A DNA stretch of 64,000 nucleotides from positions 434,001-498,000 of the forward strand of contig JBHGNT010000001.1 in the NCBI GenBank assembly GCA_043228905.1, read 5' to 3'. The notes beneath the pieces are model-generated. The model made no database searches. It was not told where the DNA came from and saw only the letters and a program-made list of their open reading frames with translations. Numbering within the stretch: the first letter of the stretch is position 1; each line of letters starts with the position of its first letter. A program made the position numbers and the translations under genes. This DNA comes from Azolla caroliniana (lineage: Eukaryota; Plantae; Polypodiophyta). Of this stretch, positions 1 to 12,580 are shown piece by piece.

Positions 1-51
1 GATTTCCTCGTCTTTGATCTAGAATTGTCTAATATTCAAGACTGTTGGTAG
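1..51 (+). CDS. Possible 3' end of a gene entering the window (DFLVFDLELSNIQDCW*)
   Basis: Frame from base 1 is open to TAG at 49-51, with AATAAA near 105. Too short to identify. Confidence 0.2.
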   Translation, partial: DFLVFDLELSNIQDCW

Positions 52-479
52 CTAGCTAGCTAGCTTCTATTGTTATGATGGACATATATATTGGTCTGTA
101 ATGAATAAAGATGTTACACATTACCTTTTGTTGATCCATTCTATGTTGTGGAGGAAATTTGAATGTGTGGCAAGAAAATTTTAGCAAATGGTATTCATGT
201 CTCAATCCTGTGGATATATAAATCTGGAAGGATATTCAGAACTCTGAGCTTTCTTCGGTGGTAGATGATTCTGGAAGGATGTGAAGGTTATTCCGAAATC
301 GAGCGTTTTTTTCTGAAATTTGGAACATGTAAATGATTCCTCAGGATATTTGGATTCAAGTCGTTTGTATAAATAACTTCTGGGTGTTTGTGGAATGCCT
401 TACAGGGGATATTCAGAACCAAGAGAAAAAACAAGGTGTGTAATAAATTGGACACGCCTACAGCAATCTATGTCTTTTC

Positions 480-960
480 TTGAATGTCTGTGACCACCAG
501 AAACTAAATAGAGAAATATAGCGCATTTGTATCTCTCAAATCCCAAAAACTTGAATGAAATAAGTTACTTTTTGTATATCAATGGTCACTAAAGTTTAAA
601 GCAAAATATGGTTTTTTGGTTATACCTTTGATCACCAAAGAGGAGGAAAATGTCTTTTTTTGTGATAACCAAACATTAGATGAAAATGTCTGGTTTTTAC
701 AGGTTTGATAAAAAAACCTAGATGAAAATCCGCCTGGTTTGTATATTTTTTATCACCAAAACTAGATGAAAATATCCTGTTTGCATACCTCCAATAACTG
801 AAAACAATAGGAAAGTTGTGTCATTTTTGTGAATCATTGATCACCAAAAACTAAAGTTAAGTAGTGGTTGTGTGTATATTTGGTTTAGATGAAAAGCTAT
901 AATTTTATTTTTTGGAAAGAAGAAGAAGATATAGTTTTATATGTTTTGATCAATGAATAA
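480..960. repeat. Degenerate ~45-55 bp minisatellite
   Basis: Recurring gatcaccaaa / tagatgaaaat / tttgtata motifs at roughly regular spacing. Confidence 0.55.
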
Positions 961-1233
961 AGACTTTGCACCCAAAACTTGAGGTAATGGTACATCAATC
1001 TTTTGTCCTTCCCAAATTTCTTTTCTGATCCATGCATCCTTGGATGGAAATTGAGGGCATACATAAGTTGGAGTCTCCATGAACCTTGGTAAGCATAGGA
1101 GCTACAAGTGTAAACAATTGTAATTGTTCTTCATGATGATGTCCCCGTCTCACTGATAACATGTGTGATAACAATTTGACAATGTGAATAGTCATGTTAG
1201 TTTCCCATTTCTTAAGCATGGATTGTTATACAA

Positions 1234-1632
1234 TAATCTTCATTTGCTTATCTACCCGTAACATGTGCTAAGGTCTACTCTTAAGTAGATCTCTCTCACC
1301 CAGCTCTTCAGTGCCTCAACTTTACATTGTGGGAATTTTCTACCTCGCCTATCAGACATAAGACAATTCTTCATTTGCTTCTCTACTCGTAACATGTGCT
1401 AAGGTCTACTCTTAAGTATGTAGATCTCTCTCACCCAGCTTTTTAGTGCCTCAACTTTACATTGCGGGAATTTTCTACCTCGCCTATCACACATAAGACA
1501 ATTCTTTATTTGCGTCTCTACTCGTAACTTGTGCTAAGGTCTACTCTTAAGTAGATCTCTCTCACCCAGCTCTTCAATGCCTCAACTTTACATCGCGGGA
1601 ATTTTCTACCTCTCCTATCACACATAAGACAA
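1234..1632. repeat. Tandem repeat, 3 x ~130 bp
   Basis: Unit ...gtaacatgtgctaaggtctactcttaagtagatctctctcacccagctc...cataagac starts near 1234, 1363 and 1498, with high identity. Confidence 0.95.
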
Positions 1633-2471
1633 TGTGATGCACATAGTCTTTGGTGATCCTAAATAATTGGGGCTAGGTTTAAATCTATGGGTTGAAGGCC
1701 CATCTATTGAATGTAGTCGTGATGATTTTGTCGATTTGATGCATTGCACTAGACGTGTGTGCTGCGTGCAAATGTAGGTTTTAGACAATGCTTGAATGTT
1801 TGGATTTAGATAATTCTTTGAAAAGATCTATGGTTGGAGGACAGAATTGTTATAAAAGCTTGTACTACCCCCGCGGTTGCTATTATTTGTACCGGATTTG
1901 GATTGGGGGTCCTCAAAACTCTTTCACAATGGGACCGTCGCGTCTAGCTATATCATACGAACCAATAGAGAAATCTTTATGAAAGAAATTGAACGCGTCA
2001 GGTTTAGATAAAAAATTGAACCGCCCCGTTGTGATACTGAACCAGCCAGCAGTACCTTGATGTTTGGGAAGCGATCTATCGTGTGTATTGAATGAGAGTC
2101 AATATCAGCTGGGGCTGGGAATGACTCGCGAGTGGGCATCAACGGTTGACACACCCGATCTGCCTTAACCCTTCTCGTAGAGGAGGTGCCTTAGAAAAAA
2201 TGGTTATGTTAATCTGAGATTCCATGTCATTATATGCCTATGTTTTTTTCCCAGGTGTGGGGTATCGTGTTTATTCAAAGCACCACCTACATATTTATGA
2301 GACACATGACTACCATTTCCTCAAAATTTGCTGACTTAATCTATAAAAGGTCATTCGAAGCACAATTCATCTTTACTACTAGCATCTTTCATGGCAATTG
2401 GATGAGCTTTCCCCAAAAGACAGAAATTTCATTATCTCGGAACTCTTCATTTTTAATCTGGGAAAGTTGTT

Positions 2472-2705
2472 AATGATCATAAATAGGTTAACGAGCATTA
2501 CAAACAATCTAATGAGCGTTATTGAGATGTAAGTTTTAAAAGTAAAAACAATGTTGCGCTATGCATGTAATGTCTTTTTATTGAGTTTATTATAGCGTGC
2601 TGGACATAATGATCATAAATGGGCTAACTAATGCTACAAGCAATTTAATATGTGATGATGAGATATAAGTTTTGCGAGTTAAAACAATGATGTGCAATGC
2701 ACGTA
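2472..2705. repeat. Degenerate duplication (~136 bp period) downstream of the dirigent gene
   Basis: aatgatcataaat...gagat(g/a)taagtttt...aaaacaatg...tgca(t/c)gta occurs at ~2472 and ~2608. Confidence 0.7.
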
Positions 2706-2776
2706 GGCTTGTTCTTCAGTGTATTATTGTCCTTGGCCCACAATGTCTTATTATTAAATCTTCAATATCATGTCAA

Positions 2777-3337
2777 TCATTGGTTCACAGGATAGAAGAG
2801 GTGGACCTCCCACCTAAAGACGATGGGATTGGAGGACGCGAGGGAGGGGATGGAGTAGCCTTGCACACGACGGAAGGCACCAGTCCCGCCAACGACTGCA
2901 AGCTCTGTGCCGGGTGGCGGTGGGAATGCGAATTGGCCATGTTGACAAATGGTACCATTGAAAACACCATCATTATAGTCAATAGTGTTAAAAATTTGCT
3001 CTTTCGCACTTGAAGGAGACGAAGTGTCGATGGAGAGGCCACGAACAGTGCCTAGACTTTGGGATGTGCGACTGAGGTTGACGGTCATTGGCAATGCAAA
3101 CCCATTGAGGTCAGCAGTGATGGGGCCGGATGATGATGTGGAATTGGATGATGTAGAATTAGTTCCGGTGGCATTGGCCAAGACGATGGAGTTCACACCG
3201 CTCTCAATGTGCAAGAAGTATACTATGGTTTCAGGTGGAAGCCCAACATCTGTTGATGAGGATGCACTAACTATACAAATGTTTGGGAGGGTTGATAGGA
3301 GTATCATGACTACGAAGAAGAGTGTAGTTAATGCCAT
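2777..3337 (-). CDS. Dirigent-like secreted protein, intronless, ~186 aa
   Basis: ATG at 3337 starts a hydrophobic signal peptide (MALTTLFFVVMILLSTLPNICIVSA). Dirigent-type motifs: YFLH, LGTVRG, ELAVVGGTGAFRRVQGY. Several N-x-S/T sequons. Confidence 0.85.
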   Translation of the reverse strand: MALTTLFFVVMILLSTLPNICIVSASSSTDVGLPPETIVYFLHIESGVNSIVLANATGTNSTSSNSTSSSGPITADLNGFALPMTVNLSRTSQSLGTVRGLSIDTSSPSSAKEQIFNTIDYNDGVFNGTICQHGQFAFPPPPGTELAVVGGTGAFRRVQGYSIPSLASSNPIVFRWEVHLFYPVNQ

Positions 3338-4710
3338 CTCTTTTAAAACCTTCGGTGCAAAACACAAATGGAAAAGGAAGAAAGTTTTTTTTGTGCTTGT
3401 TTCAAGTGATTCCTATCTTTCACAACACTCACATTTATATAGACAAATAAAATGAAAGTAAAAGAGACATGTTCCTTTAAGGAAACTAAAGCAAGCATAA
3501 TGCTCAAAGTCATTAAAAAACACCCATAAATTTTGACGTTAATGTTGACACATTGACGAGTTTTGGGTTCTAGAAGAAGAATATATAGACTTACAAAACA
3601 TTGCATCTTTTGAATTGAGTTTGTTTGGAACATTTTCTTTATTGACTTGCCTAAGACCTGTTCAAATTTGAAGTTGAGACTGCCCTACTTAATTTTGGCT
3701 TCATTGAGACCATCACTACCATATCATTGGGCTCCATGGATATTACATCACATGTCTCCATGCATCCAATATGCTACATAGGATTAGCAACAATTATCAT
3801 ATATTGACACATTAGAAAGATATAAAATATGTTCTCCAATTACCCTTGCATTTTGAGTGATCCATTCACAATATTTAGTGCAAAAACCTCTTTGCTACAA
3901 TTGGTCCCATCATTTTGTGCTCAGAACATCCTTGCAAGGAAAAACTTTTTGGTGTCTTTAGGTCAAATTCATAACAACCCTGAGACCCAATAAAAGGGGC
4001 TTTGTATCGGTGAAGATTTAATTCCACACACAATTATGAATTTTATGTTCTAAAATTGCTTCCTCATCAACATGGAATGAATTTCACCATGTATATCACA
4101 CTGATCAGCCAACTAAAAGAGTGGTGTTGATTGTGGCTTCTATACCATTAAAAACAAAAAGTAGTTAAGTCATTTTTCTTGTCTTAGTATGTGGTCTGCG
4201 GCTGGATATGTGCTACAAATACAATCAGACCATCGTTACCTTGTGGTCCTTAGTGTTATTCTACAATAACACATTGTGAATTTACTTGGTGCTACAAATA
4301 CTTGAATCGAAGGGATGAAATAATGGAGGTTTCTTTTTACAATACATGTTAGGGCTAGAGACCCACACAAGCATATCTAATAGAATGCATGCACCCCTCA
4401 AGTCTCGATATAAAACTAGGAAAGATAAAGGATGCGGATGGTGTGATATATATGGCAAAATACATTCCAGGTTTTTTTCTTTTGGTTTGAGGGGGGGGGG
4501 AGATTTTGGTAAAAGACATGTATGGTTTTCTGACTAGTGCTGCAGTACAAAATATGGTTTTCTTCTCTTGCACAAAAAATATTTACAACTTTTGGAAACA
4601 GACAAGATCCACAAATGGAGTTTAATCAGCATAACAAAATGAAGAACCACAAAACCCAATAAAATAGCATTAGAAGAATGAAAAGGGACACCGAACGCTT
4701 TTCATATTTT

Positions 4711-7700
4711 TTATTCCACAACATTTCTTTTCAAAGATGGTAACTGGCTACCCTGAGACTTTTTTATGCTGGGTTGTCGTTTCGTTTTTGAGACCTTATT
4801 CTCACATCCTTTATCACCTCGTTTGCTATGCCGAGGTATTACTCTAATGGGAATGCCACCGAGGTTGAAATCTTCCCGCAATGCCGATGCCACAAACCTC
4901 AAATCTGTCTCATCCACATCCCCGGCCCCTGTGATGAACACAACAAAAGTGGGAGGTCTAGCTTTCACTTGTGTAATATACCGCATCTTTGCTCCATAAC
5001 CACCTTCTCCTTTCCGTGGATGCCGACTCAATACCTATTTGATAAAAACCATATAAATTGGACTTAGATTATGTATTTAATTTCAAGACAGCAACTAAAG
5101 CTAAATACCTCTAAGCTTGTGGCAGTATTTACTGGAATCAACCCTTAAATTTCCGAACATTTCAAGAATAGCTAAGTTATCAGTTTTCAGGAGCTCTGCT
5201 TTCTCATTATTGGGTATATTGTATTTTCTTCTGTGTATGTTGTGGGTTTGTTTCGTTACAGAAGAGATGAGAATTTATAGACAATGTTGAATCTGAGCAA
5301 TGTTAGAAACAATTTATCCCAGAAATATACTACCAAACAAGATTATAATTCTTCCAGTCTATGTCCTAAGTTGAAATCATCGACAATCATTCCAAGGTTC
5401 ACGCCTTTACTGTAGGCTGAGTTGGAGATTCTGTTTCAAGTAAAGGTATGTGAGGGATATTTCGGTGCCTTTGCCCAAATGTGTGTGCATATATGAATGC
5501 AAATGTAACCTTTTGAAGCCAGTTATTTAATCGTGCTGTTGGCAGCCTTGCATTCCACCTTTCATAACTCTCAAACACTTTTCGCATTATCGCTGCTCGG
5601 CCTTTCCCCTCAATAGCTGAGACAAAAATAATCGGAATGCCTTCAACCTGCAATGACACGAACATGGATGACAATTAATAACTTCCTCTAATGATGGTTT
5701 GATATCGCTACAATCTAAGTCACATTAAATATGTTTCTATTTGCAGTGGCACGCCCCACAGGTGAAAAATGAATCAAATAGCATGTATATGCATACAGAG
5801 AGCTTTAAAATAAAGTACATATCACTTAACCATACTTGGATATTTTGTTGTCCATATCATTACATGACAATCATTATGTAGATTTTTTAACTTTGTCATA
5901 GTCAGGCTTAGAACTTTTTACTTAGACTGACTTTGTGATTTAATAAAGATTAAATGGGCCAAACCTGAGGTAAAACCGCATTAACTTCTTCTGGGACTGC
6001 CTTCATGACTTTATTCCTCAACTCAGCTTGATCTTTTCCTTTGAGAAGATCCATCTTGTTGACAACCACAACAAGACCGCGGCCTTCTTGTGTGACCCAG
6101 CGTGCAAGAGCTACCTCTGACTGCAACATACTCTTTCTTGCTTTTGCAACCTGTACAAAGGCAAGGTAAATAAAAACAAATTTTACACCTTTTTCTTATC
6201 TGAAAATTCATCCATACGTAGAAAGAGAATGGCAAACACAGTTTTGAGAAAGATATATCCAAATTAATAAGTGTAGAGTCAAGATTATCTACATTCAGGA
6301 ATGCTTTGAGAAAAGTCATTATTTGATCAAGGATGAGCTATTATTTCATGTTCTTCCTAATGGTGATAGGCAATTTGGGAAGGCTGAACATTTGGACCAG
6401 GTCTAGGTACAAACATCCATCCCTAAATGTACTATAATGATTAACTTCATGCACAACGGGACTTCCATGCTACACAGTGAAAAGAGATGTCTAATTTCTG
6501 AGTACTTCAATAGTAATGCAAATCTGTGTAGGCTCTAAAGAGAGAGAAAGGGTAGCTAAAAATAGGCATCATTACGCATGGTATGAAGAATGAAAGAAAT
6601 TAAGTAGTGTAATGGGGAGCAAGAAAACCAAGGTAAAATGCGAAACATTATGAGGAGAAATAGCAGTGTGAAGCTGTCATAATGGAGCAACAGAATGTAT
6701 ATAAATTTATCTTAAATATACAACAATAAGAACAAAAACAAGGAAATCCTCAAAACTGGAGAAAATAGTTTCAGGAATTGGGTAATGAAAACTAAGGTGA
6801 AATGCTTAACATTATGAAGACAGACAGGCAATGGTGAAGATGTCAGAAAGGAGCAAGCGTATATGTATACGACAGCAATGGTGAAGATGTCAAAAAAGAT
6901 CAAGGCTATATATATAAGTTTATCTTAAGTCCACAACAAAAACAAGGAAATCCTCAAGATTGGAAAATAGAAATCAATCTCTTACAATCACAATCAAGAT
7001 GTTGTCTTTGATAGACAACAGAAATACAAATTCAAACCTCATTTCCATCTAGCACGAGCACAACGATATTAGACCTCATTAGGCTTCGCCTAGCATGCAT
7101 AGCACTAAGAGCTGCTGGACCTTCCTTTACTTGTGCCCTTTGCATCCACCCAGCTGTGTCTACCTGCAAACATAAGAAAACAAAAGGCATATAATGATTT
7201 ATTTTAATATTAGTCCTTTGATCTAACCATTTTTACCTATATTGACGCCCTAGTACACTTACAAGGTAAACAGTTTTATTGTTATAAGTGAACTTCACCC
7301 TCACGGCATCACGTGTTAAACCTGGTTCCGGCCCTGTGAGTACACGCTCTTCTCGAAGCAAAGAGTTCAAAATAGTCGATTTCCCTACATTTGGACGCCC
7401 AGCTATTGCTAGCTGGAGAGGTAATAGAGCACCTTCACTTGTTTCATCGGGGCTTGGTTCTAAGCTTATGAAAAATAGCATAATGTTTTGATCAAGAACA
7501 TATATAAGTATGCAGTAGTAATGCATACTTTTAGTAAGATCATCCATACCTTTGGTATTATTGATGTACTCTTGGGCTTGTTCAAGTAAAGGTCGCAGTG
7601 TGTCATATAGATCTGTCAAGCCTTCCCCTGTCTCAGCTGATATAGCTAATGGGTCACCAAACGCTAATGCATGTGCCTCGCCTAAGGTAGCATGAAGAAT

Positions 7701-10700
7701 GCCAGTAGCATCGGTGTGTAGTCCTTCAGCTTTATTCACAACCAAGATAATCGGAATATGTATGTTTTGCTTGCGAAGCCACTTTCCTACTTCTGTGTCT
7801 AGTGGCTGCAACCCCGCTCTAGAAAGAGATCAAAAGCTCATACACATCAGAAACAAATAGAAAATTCATGTACCATCTCTCATATACCATGCCTGTAGTT
7901 CCCCAAAATTCCCTCACTTTTTCACTATCTCCGCCAGATAGCCTCGGTCAACCCAAAGAAGAAATGGGGCGAACAGACCATAAATTGCTCAAATATTATA
8001 TATAAATTGAGAAATAGAGAGTTGAGTTTCCCATATAAGTTTTCTTAGGGGCATTTGAGGAAATAAAGAAAAAATCAAGGGTATTACAGGAATTTCTTCG
8101 CTTGAATTTTACAAAGAAATGAATGGTGTGCTATATATTACCTGCCATCAAGAAGAAACAAAACAAGATGACATTGGGCAAGTGCAGTTGATGTTAACCC
8201 AGCAGTTCGGATTAGAACGCTATCTGGATCTGCTTCTGTTTCTAAACCAGCAGTGTCACAAGCAACAAAGCGCAAATCACCTATTTTTGCAACACCCTCT
8301 CTAATGTCTCGAGTGACATGACCATCAGGTGTGTTATAAACCAATGCCTCCCTCCTTTTTGTCAATCTGCAAACTTACAAGTGCAAGAACCACAATCATC
8401 AACATTGTGCATATTTAAAATAAACATGAAATCCCATACACACCACATCAATCAACATGAAAGAGATTATACAGAATGGGCAGCATCAGCATGTAACTCT
8501 TGCCATAGTCCCAGGATTGTATAACATCACATCTAAAGTAGGTTAATCAACCAACTTGAACTTGCTCCTATGAAGGTGAAGAATGGTGTATACTTTTTGT
8601 GTGGTGAATAGTAACATGTATGGTTCTTACTATCAGAAATTGGTAATTGTGCATCATTGAGTAGTTGAATGCAATCCTACCTAATAATGTTATCTGAAGG
8701 GCTCATACATAGTGGAGGTATGCTATATTTTTACAAGCTAAAAATATGAAAACATCTTATTGCACATTAGAAAAAAATTAGATTTTGCATTCAATTTACC
8801 AGTCGCATCATTGAGTAGTTGAATGCAATCCAACCTAGTAATGATGTCTATAAGGCTCATACACACAGGAGATATGCCATATTTTTACTGGCTAAAAATA
8901 TGAAAACTTCTTTTTACATTTTGTCCTTTAATTTATCAGTTGCCACATGTTTAGCCCATTGTTTAAGACACATTGCATGTTCATATATACATAGATATAT
9001 GTATATCTGACCACACCATATCTACACACAACCATTCCATGGTATAGATTCTAGAATGTATAATTCCTATGACCTCTGGATAAAGTGGTAGATACATACC
9101 CCAGTAGATTTGGGCCATATGAAAACATCCACCATGTGCCTCAAGTGCCCACAACCACAAAAGTAGCATGCCTCCATATATAGATTTCTATTGGGGTTTT
9201 CCGTTTTAAATAAAGCTGATTTTCCAGCCTTGGATCTTCCAAGAATTGTGACCCTTAGCAACCTATTCCATGACATAGATTGTAGAATGTATAATTCTTA
9301 TGACCTCTGGATAAAAAACTAGTAGACAGATACCCCTGATAGATTCATGATATAACACGTCTCCATATATAGATTTCTATTGTGATATACAAATACATGG
9401 AAGAAAGTCTCTTCTAAGCCATAAAATAGTCAGTCTCACCTACATAAGCTTTTTAAGATACCAATTAAATAAAGTTTATTTGCTAACATTCGGATCTTCC
9501 ACCATTCAAGTATTTTCCAAACCTCTAACAAGGCCTGACTCAACAATCAGGTCTGTTAGACCCTATTCCCATTATATATAAATAGCATTTTCTAAACTCT
9601 GTTAAAACATTGTCTTGCACTTTTTCTCGTGTTTTATTAAATTTAGTGTTCTAAATATTTAGATTTTGTTAAATGCAAGATTAGAATTGAAAAATATTTA
9701 GCATTGCTCTTCAATAATGCTATTAAATCTTAATGATAAGTGGCTCTTAATATAATGTACCTGTTAAATAAAGCAGATTTACCAACATTGGGTCTTCCAA
9801 CAATCATGACTCGAGGCAGCATTTCGATTTTAATATCCACTCCAGGAGCATTATCACGAGAAACCTTGCTATTGCGTTGCCTTATATCTAATTCAATGTC
9901 CAATGGCACTGTCTCTATCACCACACCTGAAATGTCTGCATCCTCCACCTCTTCTGAGGAATTATTGCTACCGATTGCATAGCTATCATCATCACAAATC
10001 ATACTCATTTGTCTATCCATGACTTGATCTCTATTAATGTTGCAGCTTTCATCATCATAAACCACGCCGATATGTCTTTTCGTGAACTTTTCTCTATTGA
10101 TGGTATATATATCATCACCAGGAACCACGCTATCTTCCTCCGCCCCAATGACCTCTTCTTCACTACTCCATTCAGTCTCCAAGTCTCGGCATTCCGCATC
10201 TGATGTATTATGAAGTTTACTTTCTCCTACTTTGCAGAGGTCTCGAAGATGACGTTCTCCCTCAAACTGCAGCTCTGATGTTTCCAACGAGAACGCTACA
10301 AAAGATAAGATTGGAAGGCTTAACGCCACCATATACATACGATTTGCGTGCATATAATTATACATGAGCATACACGTAGTCATATCCATATGCACGTATT
10401 TTCGAGAAGAGATCGTGGAAGAAGTACTACCTTATATATATGTACAGCATACAACATATGTGCATACAAGTAGGGATGAAGAAGCCAGGAAGTTCGTAAG
10501 GAGGCATACGTACCTCTGAGGGTTCTGCTGAAGCAGCACAAGGGAGAAGAAGATGAAAAGTGAGAGTGGTGCCATTGTCGTGGAGAGCAAATTGAAGAGT
10601 TCTTTTTAGCAGCGTTTGCGAATGCGGGTGCAGGTGCAGGTGCAGCGGAGGAGAGCGGAGCTTCTGACCTGCACAGGCTCCCAAGAGAGCGCTTCCAAGC

Positions 10701-10712
10701 TCTAATTCGCAT
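4711..10712 (-). CDS. DER: Der/EngA double GTPase, probably mitochondrial; exons 10712-10514, 10295-9761, 8366-8142, 7818-7550, 7459-7263, 7163-7038, 6150-5965, 5647-5510, 5034-4711
   Basis: Two G domains (GRPNVGKS twice, DTAG twice, NKAE/NKMD) and a C-terminal KH-like domain (KMRYITQVKARPPTFVVF, GGIPIR). R/S/A-rich N-terminal presequence. GT-AG junctions keep frame. Confidence 0.93.
8651..8910. repeat. Intronic tandem duplication, ~154 bp period
   Basis: gcatcattgagtagttgaatgcaatcc...gctaaaaatatgaaaac at ~8651 and ~8805. Confidence 0.85.
9206..9510 (-). pseudogene. Two degenerate copies of the Der exon-2 3' end (G1/P-loop) inside intron 2
   Basis: 9262-9206 reads LLRVTILGRSKAGKSALFK versus the true LPRVMIVGRPNVGKSALFN. 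9510-9462 reads GR/PNVSK*TLFN with a frameshift, followed by GT at the position of the real donor. Confidence 0.8.
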
Positions 10713-11379
10713 GACAGGAGAGATTCATACACATACACACTCCACTCCTCCTCCCTTCAGGTCAATGCATACATATATGAATCATGATATACATATACTC
10801 TAGACTCTAGAATCTACATAACATACATAACTACTCCGAGGGTTTATACATACATATGTACATCATAATTCGCCTCCTTCATCTCGCATCCATACCCTAC
10901 CCTTGTCTACCCTATACACTTCCATTTATGTATGTATGTATGTATGTATGTATAGAAATGCACCCACATGATGTACCCTCCACACATTACATTACATTGC
11001 ATTGGATACGTGCCCGCATAAAGTTTGCTTGTATTGCCTACAGTACATTCGAGTTGATCACGTCGTAAAACTCTCAGTCCTACTTTAGCATTGCATTTGG
11101 GTTGCCTGCTCCCTACCGAAAGAGAGCCTATATTCTCCCAATCGGCCATGTGTATGCATAGTGTTCAATGGCCATCTCATCACTTTGGCCCCTTCCTTGT
11201 AGTTTGTTATGGCCCTCATCTTCAAACTTCTTGCATTTGAATAATGTACACCTTCCGATGATATGGGGGCCGGGGGGGGGGATGCTTCTAAATAGAACCC
11301 ACAAGTCCTTAACCACTTTTGAACTGGTTCTTGGTGGACTTGCATATATATCAAAATGATGTGGATCAACGATCTCAAA

Positions 11380-11760
11380 TCTTCACTATTATTAGTTCAT
11401 ACATAATTGGATTCTCAAATCGAGATTGGGCCCATGACAACTTTGTTGATGATGCTCGCATGGTAGGCATTTCCTTGCAGTCAGTTAATGTCAGTTTGGC
11501 TCGGCTTGTGTTGTGTCATGTGCATAGTTTGAGATTTTGTTAGGGCTTTATATATTACCAACAAAAGTGCATAGTAAAGTGATAAAAAGGCCTTGAAGCA
11601 CTTCTCCCATTTTAAAGGATATTGCAATGACACTAAGGCTTTGTATACTACGAGGTGTTACATCTCTAGTAAAAGGGATACGTGAATTGGTAGAAAGGAA
11701 TACATTCGCTCGTCATAAACAACATTCCATTGATGTACACGGGAGGATAATAGTTATTCG
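11380..11760 (+). mobile_element. Possible highly degenerate Copia RNase H relic
   Basis: IIGFSNRDWAHD resembles Copia GYSDADWAGD. YCNDTKA and NTFARHKQHSIDVH loosely resemble YCDNxSA and FHARTKHIDV. Frames are broken. Confidence 0.3.
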
Positions 11761-12580
11761 ACTGGTGATTATTTACTCGACCACCATACATCTGGAGAAT
11801 GTTACATATTTGGCTATTGGACACTATTTGGTTTGTTCTACTCTGGCTTTAACCAACCCATAACAGCGTAAACATGCGTATGCTCGTACCATATATCCAC
11901 GTTGGGCTAGTTCAAATCAGGCACTCAATTTTTGGGACATCAATCCATGATCCCTTATAATTGGGCACTTTGTATACGTCGTCGTTGCTGATTTAGCACC
12001 AATGTCAACACATCTCTGAAATGGATGAACTTGTAGAGTAACATCGCTAGCACTCAATCACGATGGTTCTATATCATCAACGTATCAACCAAAAATTGAA
12101 ACAACAAAATCAAATGGTTCATTATGCGCAAGGACTACAATCCGTAAAACTATCAATCACATGTCAATCCAAGCAGTTAATTGATTTGATAATGGCTTTA
12201 AGTAAGCGGGCAATCAAGTCACCAAGCCCACCAATTCAAGAAAGTGGAATATTTTGTAAGTATTAAGACGACATTGGTAGCTACCCATGCGTAGTGGCAT
12301 TGGATGGAATTTCATATGAACTTGGTCATGGGTATTGATTGATAGAGCAATTAAATACCATAAAATACTTAAAGAGTAGAAAAGCTTATATCAAAGAGTC
12401 CAGGATTGACGATGTGCAAGGGTTTATCCTTAATGCACATCAAGCCTTTTCCAAATACTAACACCCCACCCCACCAAGGTTAGTCACTTGCTCACCTACC
12501 TTTTCTCTTTCATTCGTTTCATAGCATTCTCAAGAAAATCGTACGGGTTACTTTTATAAATATCCGAAAGAGAAGGATTC

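Noticed and set aside
2672-3455. Plus-strand ORFs overlapping the dirigent gene
   Set aside because: Antisense shadows of the real CDS.
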